Below are positions 37,991 through 50,969 of a stretch of DNA of 64,000 bases, piece by piece; within the stretch, counting starts at the first letter, position 1; every line of letters begins with the position of its first letter. The notes under the pieces are model-generated. The model searched no databases. It worked only from the letters and a program-made list of their open reading frames with translations, and had not been told where the DNA came from. Source of the stretch: Octopus vulgaris (Eukaryota); NCBI GenBank assembly GCA_951406725.2, contig OX597822.1:91574001-91638000 (forward strand), in the 5' to 3' direction. The position numbers were made by a program, and so were the translations under genes.

Positions 37991-40900
37991 GATTATTTTA
38001 CTAAAATGTGCAATTTAAACAATCTATGACAATTAAAAAAACAGTCATGTCCATTTTTGCATTATTTAAAGTTTTTAATTATTGTTGGCCAGTGGATGTA
38101 TAAAAATTAGACCAGTTGATTAACTGAATTGCAATTGATAGTATAAAAGTAAGACATTTCCCTTTCTTCATCAGCCTGGTAGTATCTTTCTACGCAAATG
38201 ATAAACACTTAGTTTGTTATAAGGATGATAGTTGCTCCACATGACAGATATGAAAACACAGTCATGACTAGCAGATCTCAGTATTACATATAATAAACAA
38301 ACTCTACCAAAGTGATTCTGTGACTGTATGAAAATAGACAGGATTTACTAAGTTGAAATTATTCTGGAAACACTTAAATCACAATAACAATTTTTTATTC
38401 CATTATACCAAATAGATCATGGCCTTTGTTAGTAATAACAACAATCTGCCTTACTCATGATTCGAGTAAGTATCAAAGGAATTTCAAATATTTAAAGAAA
38501 AATGAGAGGAGTATTTCAATAATTCTCACATTATTGTTTGTGTGGTTTGTGAATTTAGTTATATATTCATGATGTTGATGAGAAGGACAACCATGATGAT
38601 GATTATAATAATCAATTTAGGCACAAAACCAGCAGTTTGGTAGAAGGGTTGACATGAAGAGATTGTGTAGAAACTACTTTACTCACTCCTCATTGCATAA
38701 TGAGATAAGCAAGAATCTCAGATCAAACTAAAGCATAGTATGCCTAGAATTGCAACTGGACCTCTTGATTGATTATCTAGTCCTAATATTACTGGATCAA
38801 ACTTTATAATCATAATTCACAATATTTACTTTTCTGCTGTATCCTTTTCTTTAACCTTTCAAACACAAATTTGCATTTTTCAAAAACATCTACAAAATTT
38901 TATTCCCATGCCATTGTTTAAATATATTTTATTCATCTTGTCTTGAAAATATATTCTCATGCTATAGTTTAAAGTATAATCTAATTCAGAAAAAAATCTA
39001 TAAAAATTTAATTCTTTAAAATGATTTTACTAAATCTTAAAACACGCAGATGTACAGGGCAGTGTCATAAGATTTGGAAAAAGACATTGAAAAATTTTGT
39101 AGGTATTTTTTGAAAAGGCACAAGAGTAGAACACAGCTGTGATAGAAACAAAGCCAGTGAATGAATGAATGACTAATTAGATGTAAGACGAAGACAGTTT
39201 GTGAGTGATAAAAAGATGCTAGAATTAAGGCTGTGCACATGTGAGAGAATACGATCATAGATAAAGAGTCTTGAGAATAATACAAAATAAAAGAGAGTTT
39301 ACATATTTCTTTACTGTACATATTTTTTAAAAAGGATTTTCATTCTCTTTAGCAGTCATTTAAGCATATGCATTATTATATCACTCCTTTATATTAACAA
39401 TGAATGAATAGTCATACAGAGATCATAAAAGATATTGAGAGACAGTCAAATTGATAGGGTAAAGGCCTCAAGTAGAAAGACTGTGGACACTTCCCAGTGC
39501 TGGTGATCAAGGTACTTATGTCACCATCTTTGTTCACAAGCAGTTATCTGTTTGCAACAAGTGTTGATTAAGAATGTAACTTGGATTTCCTGATCCAAAA
39601 TGCCCTTCTTTTATTAAGATTGTAGTGAGTGATTTTATGGAGATTTAGTTGTGATTTCAATGTACAATTATCTGTCTTTCATAATGGCACAGCAATTCAA
39701 CAATATTAGTAAACTAAAGAAAAATTGTTTGCCAGTAGCTTCTGGTGGGCATTAAATAGAATGTAGGGATTTCTTTATTAAGCATAAGACCTTTGTTAAG
39801 CAAGTTAAAGTATTTTATATAATACTACACCATAACATGATTTCATGTGTTGCAGGCTGGAAATCCAATACTTTATTTACATGTCCATTTCAGTTTGCAA
39901 ATAATTTGTGCATAATCTCTTAATAGCCATGAATAGGGAGGTAAATAACTCTAAGTGCCTTCTGAATGTCTGCAATACATAATATATACATAATGTATCC
40001 ATAATTTTATTTCGTCACCCTTTAATCAAGAATTTTTGTATTGCTATAAGCATGTCACTGGGTCCTTTAGAAAGAAAGTGCATGAGCAGAGAAGTGCCAG
40101 GTATAGAGTGTCCCATCAACATTTAACTTGAAACGTTCAAGAAACAAATTTATAGATTTTCAGAATTTTGATTTTAGTATAATATCACTTTTATCAGGGC
40201 AAGAATATCAGCTATTAAATTAAACACAGTACCTTTTTGTAACTATTGACATTTAATATAGAAACTTATAAGTATCTATTGACAGAATCTATTATCTCAG
40301 AAATACACATGATGATATGTCCCTTCAAATATGAGAGAAAAACATTTTGGTGCCCACAAAATATTTGGTTTGGTTTTGTTAAAAGTTGTTCCAGCTTTAC
40401 TGCCTTAGTTTTAATATATAGTCTTTTATATTTTTCTTTTACTTGTTTTAGTCATTTGACTGTACCATCCTGGAGCACCACCTTGGAAATGTACTAAAAG
40501 ATAGAAAATAACTTCTATATAGCCATAGCGGACAATTTATGAGTAAGCACTATATTTGTAATAAAATGTTAGCAGGCCTCTTGACATGTAATTAAAGGAT
40601 AATGGTATTTAAATGATAGAACAGCTAATACTTGAAATCATATCAGTTGTAAAGCATCAGTTGCAAGAATTTAGATAAGTCAAACACATGTACATATTGG
40701 CGAGTGCTCATAAAAATGTATTTTTGAGGTTCATTACATTACTTTTAGTTAGGTATCATACTGGTGATGATGAAAGGAATATTATTTTAATATTGCTATG
40801 ATAAACTATATATTGAATAAAGTGACCAAAGTATGTTCAATCATTTGAGATCATTTGAATAATTTCCCCTTTGAAGAGCATGCTACCAAAGCAAAAATAT

Positions 40901-42434
40901 TGCATATTAAATACATGCAGCAATATTTCTATTATTCAACAAGCAATTTCCCAGCTAAACAGGAAGTTCATGAAGCACAGTAATAGTTAAAAAACAAAAG
41001 GAGCAACTTTCAGGCAAACTGAAGCTAACGGTTTCATTAATAACTTCCTGATATTAAGTTTTCATTACAAAATCATTTTATATCAGTTTTTAAAACAAAC
41101 AATGTACTTTTTTTAAAAAGTTCAGTATTTCTATAAATGATCAAAGAAGGTGTTATTTTTATGGTAGGATTTGGTAGCAATTAGTGTTGAAACAGAAATG
41201 GTATTTATTGTCAACTAAGCTAACTGAATCAAAAGTACATTGAACATCACAATGACATTATTTCAATATTCAATATTTCAATTTCAATATTTTATGAAAT
41301 TAAAAACATCTTAAAATGACAGTTTACATTTATTGAAAGTGTAAATAAAAGAAAAATGATTTAATAACAATTTTTTATGTAGTGTAGAAAATAAGTAAAA
41401 ATAATACTAGTATACTGTAATTTCTATCTATTTTCTGTATCATTGGTATGGTATTTAGATAGAAATGGTTACAAGTGTATTACTAGCAGATTGGAATCAA
41501 TTTATGCTCCTTCTGTAGATCATGACTTATTGATCTTTTGTATTAGATTCTGCAGGTAGACACTTGTATGGAAGGCATGAGGAAAGAAGCTCTAGGAGGA
41601 TGGAAGTTTAGAGATAAAGGATTAGGTAAAATGTTTAGAGCTGAGACATTATAGACAGTAAAAAGAGTGGAGATTGTTGTTGTTTAACTCCAGGTTAGCC
41701 TTGACCAAACTGGACTATGATGAAAGACATTCCAGCTATGACCATCCCATCATTTTTCCTATGCACTTGGAACAGAGATCCATATTATTTGACGTGCCTT
41801 TTTTTAAGTTAGTAGGTATGATTTGAGGGGATTTATCTGCTACTTCTAGCAAGTCAAACAACTCTCATTGGTTTGAGGAGTGAATGCACTGTATAAGTGA
41901 AAGAACTACTGTAGTAATAATTAAAAAGATAGAAAGAAGATACAATGTGAAGATAAGTGAACTTGTACTAATCAGAAGATCTGCTTTGAGAATGCCAATT
42001 AAGATGTTTGTATGTATATAACTGTCAACCGAGAAATATGAACAATTGTACTCTAATGCTGGTTACACTATGACTTATAGACACTCAACAGTTGCCCAGA
42101 ACCAAAAATATTTTCTGAATCTTAAGAACAAACCTGCATTTTGGATATAATTTTGGCTATATCATTGATGCGTGTTTACCAAATGCTGAGCTTCAGAGAT
42201 TGGGAAGCTAAACATTTATAGAATTTGTGAAGATTTTAGATATATGTTTCCCATGAGTAGATAAAATATATTGTTGTACATAGGTATATAATAGAACAAA
42301 ATATGAACAGGCTGCTGCAAGGTATAACGTATTTATATAACATACTGAAGAGAGATCAAAGACATATATACTAATACATAATTCTGAAAAGAAGTTGACT
42401 CTAAAACCTTTAGAGCAGTGAAAATTAATATAGT

Positions 42435-43140
42435 TGTTGGTTATAGCTGGTAGGAGAGTTACTATTGGTTTTGCACCTAAAAACGTCTAAGTGGTATAAG
42501 TGATTTGACAGACTTATTGGCCAAAGTCAAATTTTCTATAACTGGAGGTTAAAATACAGGTTTTGTTAGTCAGGGTTGTGAAAAAAAACAACCTCAGAAC
42601 AAAATTCTGCTGGGTGACATCCCTTGTGCATGAGATGAAGTCATCTCTTTTGACTGATTCCAGTTGCATCTGAAATGGGTCAGCACATGCACGATTTCCA
42701 TTAACTGGTTGGCAAATAAGGAATTCCATGTTTTCAACATGAATTTCCTCTGAGGAAACTGACTAAACATTTCACTTTTGGAGTTTAAGGTATGGTCCAG
42801 GTTGTTCCAGGAGCTTCCATTTAATTTTGTATGGTGTACTCTCTTCTTTTAAAAGCCATTTGTAGTTAGCCAAGGATGTAACATTGCACCTCTCTGGGAT
42901 CCTAAAACAAGGCTTGTGATTGTTTAGATGTTACTTGAAGGCACTCTCTGTAGCCCCTACAGATTTCTGTGTCTGTACCCTTGCACTGGTGGTGGTACTG
43001 ATGTTGTTGTTGTTGTTGCTGACTGCAAGACAGATGTTATATGCCTCCAAGTCAATGAGTCTGAAAAGTCACCTATACTGATAAGAACTTTATAGGTGCA
43101 AAACCAATGACAGCTTCCTGTCTGGCCATAACCAACAACT
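42435..43140 (-). mobile_element. Penelope-like element remnant (GIY-YIG endonuclease) with inverted termini
   Basis: Minus strand SVGATESAFK*HLNNHKPCFR..NVTSLANYKWLLKEESTPYKIKWKLLE. Termini 42435-42520 and 43060-43140 are inverted copies. Confidence 0.8.
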
Positions 43141-43168
43141 AAATTATACATGTACATATATACATATA

Positions 43169-43507
43169 TTGGGTCATCCAATAAATAATGCAGTGCTTTT
43201 CAATTGCATGAACTAAGAGTCAGAGGGATTTGGGATAAACTAAATGCATCAACTTGCTATAAAATCAGGTAGTAATTTTACCTTGCTCTTATTCTTAGTG
43301 TAAGTTTTGAAGAGTGCAGTTCGATTTTAACAGTTAGATTTTCAAAGCTATAATGGAAGTGACAAAGAAGCATATTTGGCCTATTTTGCTTTATGAGTTC
43401 AATAAAGGCAACAATGTAACAGAAAATGTGAGGAGTATTAATGCAGCATATGGGAACAGACAATAAGTGTAAGCCAGTGTCAACAGTGGTTCCAGACATT
43501 CCAAGCC
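43169..43507 (+). mobile_element. Mariner 5' fragment
   Basis: TA|TTGGGTCATCC terminus and MEVTKKHIWPILLYEFNKG N-terminal HTH region, truncated. Confidence 0.75.
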
Positions 43508-43829
43508 TTTCAATACCTTTGAAACTCAGAATTGATGAAACAGGGACAACTGAACAAGGGGAATATTCCTTGTGTTGTATGTCTTGTTTCTCTGTTTTTT
43601 TTTCGTTGTTTGAAAACAAGTTTGTTTCTATGTTTTTGTTTTTGTTTTCGTTTCTCATTGTGTTCAACGTTATTTTTGATGACCTGTACCTATATATGCA
43701 TGTATAAATACATATATATGTAGGGATGTACATATATGTATGTATGTATATGCATATATTTATATATTATTTATATTATTATATAATCGAACGCCACGCA
43801 TCCTTTTTCAAGTATATATATATACTTGA

Positions 43830-44985
43830 ATGACTTGCCCAAAAGCACCAGTAAATTAACATTGATATTTCTTTTCACCGTTGTTACAATCATCTGAAAT
43901 GGAACTGTCAAAGTGTGTTATTTGAGCAATTTTGCTATTCAACTTCAAAGAAGGATGTAAAGCAGCTGAAACTGCTAACGATATCAATGAAATGTTTGGT
44001 GAGGAAATTACCAGTAACTAGTCAGCTCAAAAATGGTTTAAACGATTTCACAGTGGAGACCTTAGCCTTGAAGATCATGAGCATAGTCATCAATAATGGT
44101 CAATTAAAGACAGTCATTGAGAAAGATCCACATAAAACCACTCGAGAACTGGCAAAAGAATTTCAAGTTAGCCAGAAAATTGCCTGCAACCATTTGCTTG
44201 TGATTGGAAAATCAACAAAGCTCAACAAATGGGTACCACACGATTTGAATGAAAATCAGAAAATGCGCAGATATGAAATTTGCTTGTTGCTTCTTCTTTG
44301 CAATTAGATCAATCCATTTCTCAACTGTATTGTAACTTGTGATGAAAAGTAAATTCTGTACAATAATAAAAAAACGTCCTTCACAGTGGTTAGACCAAAA
44401 TGAAGCACTGAAAACCCTTCCCTAAACCCAAGCTCTTCAAAAAGAAGCTTATGGTGACTGTTTGGTGGTGTACTACTGGACTCATCCACTACAACTTCTT
44501 AAAATTTGGAAAAACCATTACTGCAGAAACATGCTGTCATAAAATGCCAAAATGAACAAAAAACTGCTACTCATCCATCCCAGACTGGTCAACAGAAGAG
44601 AGCCAATCATTCTTCATGACAATGCTCAACCACACATTTCACTAATTATGTTCCAAAAGTTGAGGGTACATGGCTATGAAATTCTTACCCACCCACCTTA
44701 TTCCCCAGACCTTTCTCCTACTGACTACCACATTTTCAAGCACCTTGATTTCCTGCGAGAGAAGGAGTTCAAAAATCAAACCAATGCTGAAAGTGCATTC
44801 AAAGAGTTCATCAGCTCCAGAACCCCAGATTTTTGTTACTGGAATAAACAAACTTGTAACTCGTTGGCAAAAGTGTGTTAATTATAATAGTACTTACTTT
44901 GATGAATAAAATTTTTCTGCATCATTTTCTTTTCTATCCACATATTTTATGAAATATACTTTTATCATCATTCTATCCAATATAT
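43830..44985 (+). mobile_element. Near-complete mariner (D,D34D) transposase pseudogene
   Basis: WVPHDL, TCDEK*, LHDNAQPH, HPPYSPDLSPTDYH, with several frameshifts and stops. Confidence 0.92.
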
Positions 44986-46123
44986 ATTTTAATTGGTTAG
45001 CTATTACAGAAAATCAAATACTTTCTTTACATATCCTTTTCACTATAGATGTAATGATGGTCATAATGAGGCAATAAAGAAGACTGGATTAGATTAGAAT
45101 ATTGCCTTGAATTTATAAACATAGAGTCCAAATGAAAGCTATTGTCTACATGAACACTGTCACATGTGGAGACTATGAAACAATTCCAACATACATGTAC
45201 CCCTGTACTGGTGGTGTATCTTAAAATGAATAAAATGGGTGGGAAGTGAAAGGAAAAGCTATTGGATTTTGAAATGGACATTAAATTCTCATTCATTTAT
45301 ATTTTCACTTGTTTGTTAGTAACAATTTTTCCATGTAAATGTTTTTAAAAATTATTTTTCTTAACTTTTCCTATTGTAATATATATGGATTTTTTATCAC
45401 AATCCAGATGTCTACTTCATTTTGTCGACATATAACTTGAGGTGTTAATATCATTACTATTTATTCCAAGTTCAATGTTGGAGCAAGGATCTGATTATGT
45501 GAACTATTGAAGAACTTCCTCAAGAGAACGATTTAAGGCATATCTTGGAAAAATCTGGACATACAGTAGTAACACAATTTTCAGTAAGCATTTGTATATT
45601 GAAAAAGCTGCACATTTTCAAAATCTGAGTTTTTTTTTGTTTGTTTGTTTGTGTGTATTTGGAATGAGTATATTACAATTAGTTGCACATCTTAAAGACA
45701 GTCACTATTTCTTTTTCTTCAAACAGTATGAAATTTTTAGGAAAGTTGAATTAAATGCTATCACAGCCCAATGAAATTTCAGCCAATTATACTGAATAGG
45801 TCAGCATGTTGATTATTCATGCATATCTAAATAAAAATATGTATCTAAAAATAAGGAATGAATGGAAGATTTTAGAAGCATTTCATTAAACAAAAAAAAA
45901 AATGCAATCAAATTTATCTGACTCATTTATAACAACTAATTTATGTTGAAAGATAGCAAAAACATTTTTATTAAAGACAACAAAAACAAGAACAACAAAA
46001 TAATTAAAAACAAAAGTTGATGAAGTTACAACAGATTAAATAGTAAAATACAGGACCAACACCAGTGCAGTGCAAAGAGGAGAAAACAGCAAATTTTTAA
46101 AAGTAAATTTACTTGAGAAATAC

Positions 46124-46147
46124 CTGAAGGGTAACTGACAAAATTCT
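46124..46147 (-). CDS. Candidate 24-nt microexon of the host gene (KNFVSYPS)
   Basis: ttgttctgatttcag|AGAATTTTGTCAGTTACCCTTCAG|gtattt. Phase 1/1, stop-free, matches the phase of the A-B intron. Confidence 0.45.
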
Positions 46148-46823
46148 CTGAAATCAGAACAAACTAATGAACAACATAAGTCTATTTAATAGTGGTTCTA
46201 AATCAAAGACAAACATTTTACTGAAATAGTAGCAATATTGAAGTATGAATCTACTTAAAATATCCAGCTATAGTGGTCATTTTGTTTTGGTTGAGTTGGG
46301 GTAGTAATAGTGGTGTTATTGTTGCTACATAGTTTTGTTCAGCTCATTTCTGAAATACTGAACTATAATGGAAGTAGAGTTGGATTCAGTATTTGGTCCA
46401 ACCCCTATGTCAGAGGTAGGTGGTCAAGCAATTATTAGCTACTTGTAAGTCTAGTGTACTGTAGTGATTACTTAGGATTGAACTTAATGCTTAGTTAATG
46501 TTCTAGCTGTAGTAATTCTGACTTTATTTCAGAAATGAAGTCCCAAAATTTTAAAGTACATAATTTCTATTTTACATACAGTAGTGATGTATAGTTGCAA
46601 TATTATAATTATTAACATATTATTCAGCTAAAAGTATAATAAAAAGTAACCCTACTTTACTAATTTGTATTTGAAAGGAAGTATGAGTGCCATTCATGCC
46701 AATAGATTTTCTTGCCACAGCCATTGCTTTGTGCCTTTAGGCAAGACTTTTAAAGCTGCTTCATTTTATCTGAGGTTATATATATAAATATAAATATAAA
46801 TATAAGTATATATATATATAAAA

Positions 46824-46869
<46 letters not shown>

Positions 46870-46885
46870 AGCAGGACCAGCCATC

Positions 46886-46959
46886 TGAATGTGGCTAGGG
46901 ACAGGGCGGGGTGCATCAGTAACACCCCCACCACCCCGCCCTGTCCCTAGCCACATTCA
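46886..46959. repeat. Perfect 28-bp GC-rich inverted repeat (18-nt loop)
   Basis: TGAATGTGGCTAGGGACAGGGCGGGGTG at 46886-46913; its exact reverse complement at 46932-46959. Confidence 0.95.
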
Positions 46960-47047
46960 AATATTACAGAGCAGTTACTGTTTATACCTCGCTTAGAGAT
47001 TTATTATTATATATATATATATATATATATAAATATATATAAATAAT

Positions 47048-47324
47048 AAAGGGTAAAATTAATTAATTAATTATTATTAATAATTCTACCAAGTAGTTTC
47101 GGTATGTTAAAAGAACCATTATTGGTAAACTTAAACAACATTTTTTAATAATTATGAGTATAATTATAATAGGTGGATTGTTTTTGAGTATATGTTATCT
47201 GGGAGATTCACTTACGGTAGAGAAATAGCTAGCTGTTTGGCTGCTATTTCTAAATTTTCGGTATGTGGGGAAGCAAATTTTTTTGCTGAACCCTAATTAT
47301 AATTATACTCACAATTATTAAAAA

Positions 47325-47362
<38 letters not shown>

Positions 47363-47600
47363 GTGAATGTATGTATGCATGTATGTATGATTGTATATTT
47401 ATTTATTTACTTATTTATTTATATGTATGTATATAAATTTTCTAAAATTTTCGTTATGTGGTTAAGCAACTTGTTGCAAATAACCCTTATTGTTATAATT
47501 ATATAAGTTTTTACCGAATATGGTCCTTTTCCATACCGAAATACTACTAGGTGAAATTTGTTGATTTTATTAAATTAATTATATTTCACCCTATATCTAT
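47048..47600. repeat. Nested fold-back elements in (TA)n
   Basis: 47138-47175 mirrors 47290-47330. 47048-47130 mirrors 47505-47595 (diverged). Related to 12000-12095. Confidence 0.65.
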
Positions 47601-50397
47601 AATGTATGTATATATGAATAGTTGCTGTTAAGAACATGCTGTGTAAATGCTGATGTAAAATTTCAATTAAACAAGAAGATAACTAAATAAGTTTTCAATG
47701 AATCCATCAAAGAATACTAGATTGTGTTCCTGACAAAGAGACTTAGCTTTTCAAGGTTAAGTCCACCTAGTCATATGAGATATAATTTTTCATTGTATAA
47801 CTGACAGAGTAAAATAGATTGCAGTATGGGGATCAATTTCTACTTTCACTTTAGTGTCATCATGCAGACAAAGCCTTCAGCATTGGCCATTTGGTATAAA
47901 GAATTAAGGAATACAAGTTACACATAACAAAGTAGTAGAAAATGAGAACATTATACAAATCAAGGTAGTAACTGTGATATGTTTGTAGATGCATTATCTT
48001 CAAACATTTGATAAATTACAGCCAATCAATTTGGCTCACAGCATTAAAAGTGAACAGAAGTTAACAATGACATACGAGTGTTAATGTGTGCTATAACAAA
48101 TTACACCACAGAATGTTTTTATGGGACATAAACCTCATGTTCTTCCTCTGATGCATATTCTTTCTGTTGTTACTTAGCTTTTGTTGAGTAGGGCTATGCT
48201 CAAAAGCATTCTAGCTGTGATTACTCCACTGTTTTTTCCAGGAAATCTGGTTATTACTGACTAATTATCAAATATCTTTTTTTTAAGATAGTAAGGTGTA
48301 ATACAAGAGGATTTGGTTGCTATTTCTAGTAAATTGAGCAACCATGTGCAGGATTCTTTTACTTTTGCTTCTACTATATGGCATGAATGAACATCACATT
48401 ATATTTGCGACATCTAATGCCTAATATTATAAACTTACCAACCTTATAGATGAATAGGTAGCAAATTATGAGATATTTTAACAATTCTTTGGCTTCTCCC
48501 CAGAGATTGATTGCCAGAACTGATATGTTACAAAACAGATATAAGTTACAGAGAGTACAGAAACCTGATTCTAAATCTTGGTATTGTAGTTAGGAAACAA
48601 AAGTGCCAGAAAGTGATTTTTTCCTATTAGTTGCAATAAGTTAGAGATATAGTAGTTGTTGCTGTTGTTTAACCATGGATGACACTAAAGTGAAAGCAGA
48701 AATTGATCCCCATACTGGGTTAGCCTTGATTGTGACTTTTTTTTTCAAGTAGAGTTTATCCAGGACTATTTTATCTAATATATCCTTCCCATTTTTTAAG
48801 AGAGCAGGGTGTGAAACAACTGAAATTTTACTTCTATCTCTTGCAGATCACATGGCCACAGAGAATCTCCTTCACTGCCCTGGGCTCTCAGTATAGTCGG
48901 TATAAAAACAGAGAAAATCCTTAATATTACAATATCTTCTTCAGTTTGTCATGCTTGCCAGGTTATCAATTCCTACTGGTGAATGACTTATCTTCCTCGA
49001 AGTATTTTTTAAAAAGAGAAACATATTCATGCACAGTTTGTTGTCAGTGTTTCAAAGAGATTCTACAGTAATAGTTTCTCAATGATTTCCTTGATAAAGT
49101 TTTAGAATATTATTGATGTAAGTGAAAATATTTACAAGGAATTGAAACCAGATCACAGGTTCATAATAACAAGATTCTAATTTACATTCTAATCTAAAAT
49201 ACTTTTTCCACCATTTCAGATTAACCAAATTACACACTAGTAACAAAGTATAACAGTTATGTGAATGAATAACATATATAATACAAGCCAGTCCCCTGAT
49301 AAAGACTTTTAAAATTGAATTTCAATATATTTTATTTTACTGTTTTACATTCACATTTTCATGCTTACATAGAAGGAAAGATTTATTTGCAGAAGCATAT
49401 ATTTTCATAGTAGCATGCCCTTCTTAATAAAAATTAATAGCAGAAAGCAGTTACTAGATTAAAATACCATACAATAATAATTTCAACTTACATTCTATGC
49501 TAAAATATTATTGGAAAGTGACTTTACCTATTATTTCTTGGAAGTCATTCTGTCCCTCATCCCACCCATCATTAGTTTAGTTGATCTCTGAGGAAAGCAC
49601 TAGAGTGTTGTAATTTTCAGGGAAAAGATCTATGGTCGAGACAGAGTCACTTCATTTACATTGCTTATGCTCTCAGAAAATGCATTAATATCACAACTCT
49701 TACCTCCCAAATAAATTAATATATGTGATAAATCATTCCTATGTAAAGATCGAAATTTTCAATTAAAATTCTTGGTCAGTCGTTAACATTTCATTTACAT
49801 TCCTAATACTTACAAAAATGATATGAATATCTCATATTCCTTCTCCACTAAGTAAAACTTCATATTTGATTTAGAAAATATTTAGAAAAATAAGTTATTG
49901 ATAGTAATTTTGATTAGATTGGATTTTTAAAAACATTCGCAATTGTTTCAATTTGACATTTTAAAATTGATAAAACTGATATATTTTTTAAAAACTGGTA
50001 CTGGAGGCTAGAGAATTTGCATCAAAAGAAATTTTGAGAAAAATAAAACAGAAACTTAGACTCAAATTAAAATTTATAAATGAAGTGAAAACTGAATTTG
50101 ATAAAGCAAAAATTGCTTTTGTAGACAGATTTCAGCTTAGCTTTAATTTGTTTTTTTTTTTATCTTAATTTGATTTCATCCATTTATTTTTGTCAAGGAA
50201 AACATGTTTTATCAATTTTTTTCATTTTAGTGTAAACAATAACTACCATATTACAGACACACATGTGTGCAGACACACACACACACACGTGTATATATAT
50301 ATATGTATGTATGTATGTATGTAGGTAGGTATGCATGTGTATGTATATTTATATATGTGTGTATATATGTGTGTATATATGTATGTATATATATATA

Positions 50398-50617
50398 TAC
50401 TCTTTTACTCTTTTACTTGTTTCAGTCATTTGACTGTGGCCATGCTGGAGCACCGCCTTTTAGTCGAGCAAATCGACCCCGGGACTTATTCTTTGTAAGC
50501 CCAGTACTTATTCTATCGGTCTCTTTTGCCGAACCGCTAAGTGACAGGGACATAAACACACCAGCATCGGTTGTCAAGCAATGCTAGAGGGACAAACACA
50601 GACACACAAACATATAT

Positions 50618-50655
<38 letters not shown>

Positions 50656-50801
50656 ATATATACTACAGGCTTCCTTCAGTTTCTGTCTACCAAATCCACT
50701 CACAAGGCTTTGGTCGGCCCGAGGCTATAGTAGAAGACACTTGCCCAAGATGCCATGTGGTTGGTTAGCAAGCTACTTACCACACAGCCACTCCTGCGCC
50801 T
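50398..50801 (-). mobile_element. tRNA-derived SINE, young copy
   Basis: Reverse complement of the 52784/59892 family. Confidence 0.92.
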
Positions 50802-50969
50802 ATATATATATATATATATATATAAATATAAATATATATGTAATAATGATAATAATCCTTTCTACTATAGGTACAACCGGTACTTATTTTATTGACCCCA
50901 AAGGGATGAAAGGCAAAGTCAACCTCAGTGGAATTTGAACTCAGAATGCAGTGATGAGCGAAATATCAC

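Noticed and set aside
42134-42207. AG/GT-bounded 74-nt pseudo-exon (minus strand)
   Set aside because: Stops in all three frames.
43915-44909. Domesticated SETMAR-like gene or active transposase
   Set aside because: Multiple frameshifts and stops, and no SET exons seen.
49528-49587. 60-nt AG/GT-bounded segment (minus strand)
   Set aside because: A stop occurs at the fourth codon in the required phase-1 frame; there is no evidence for a poison exon.
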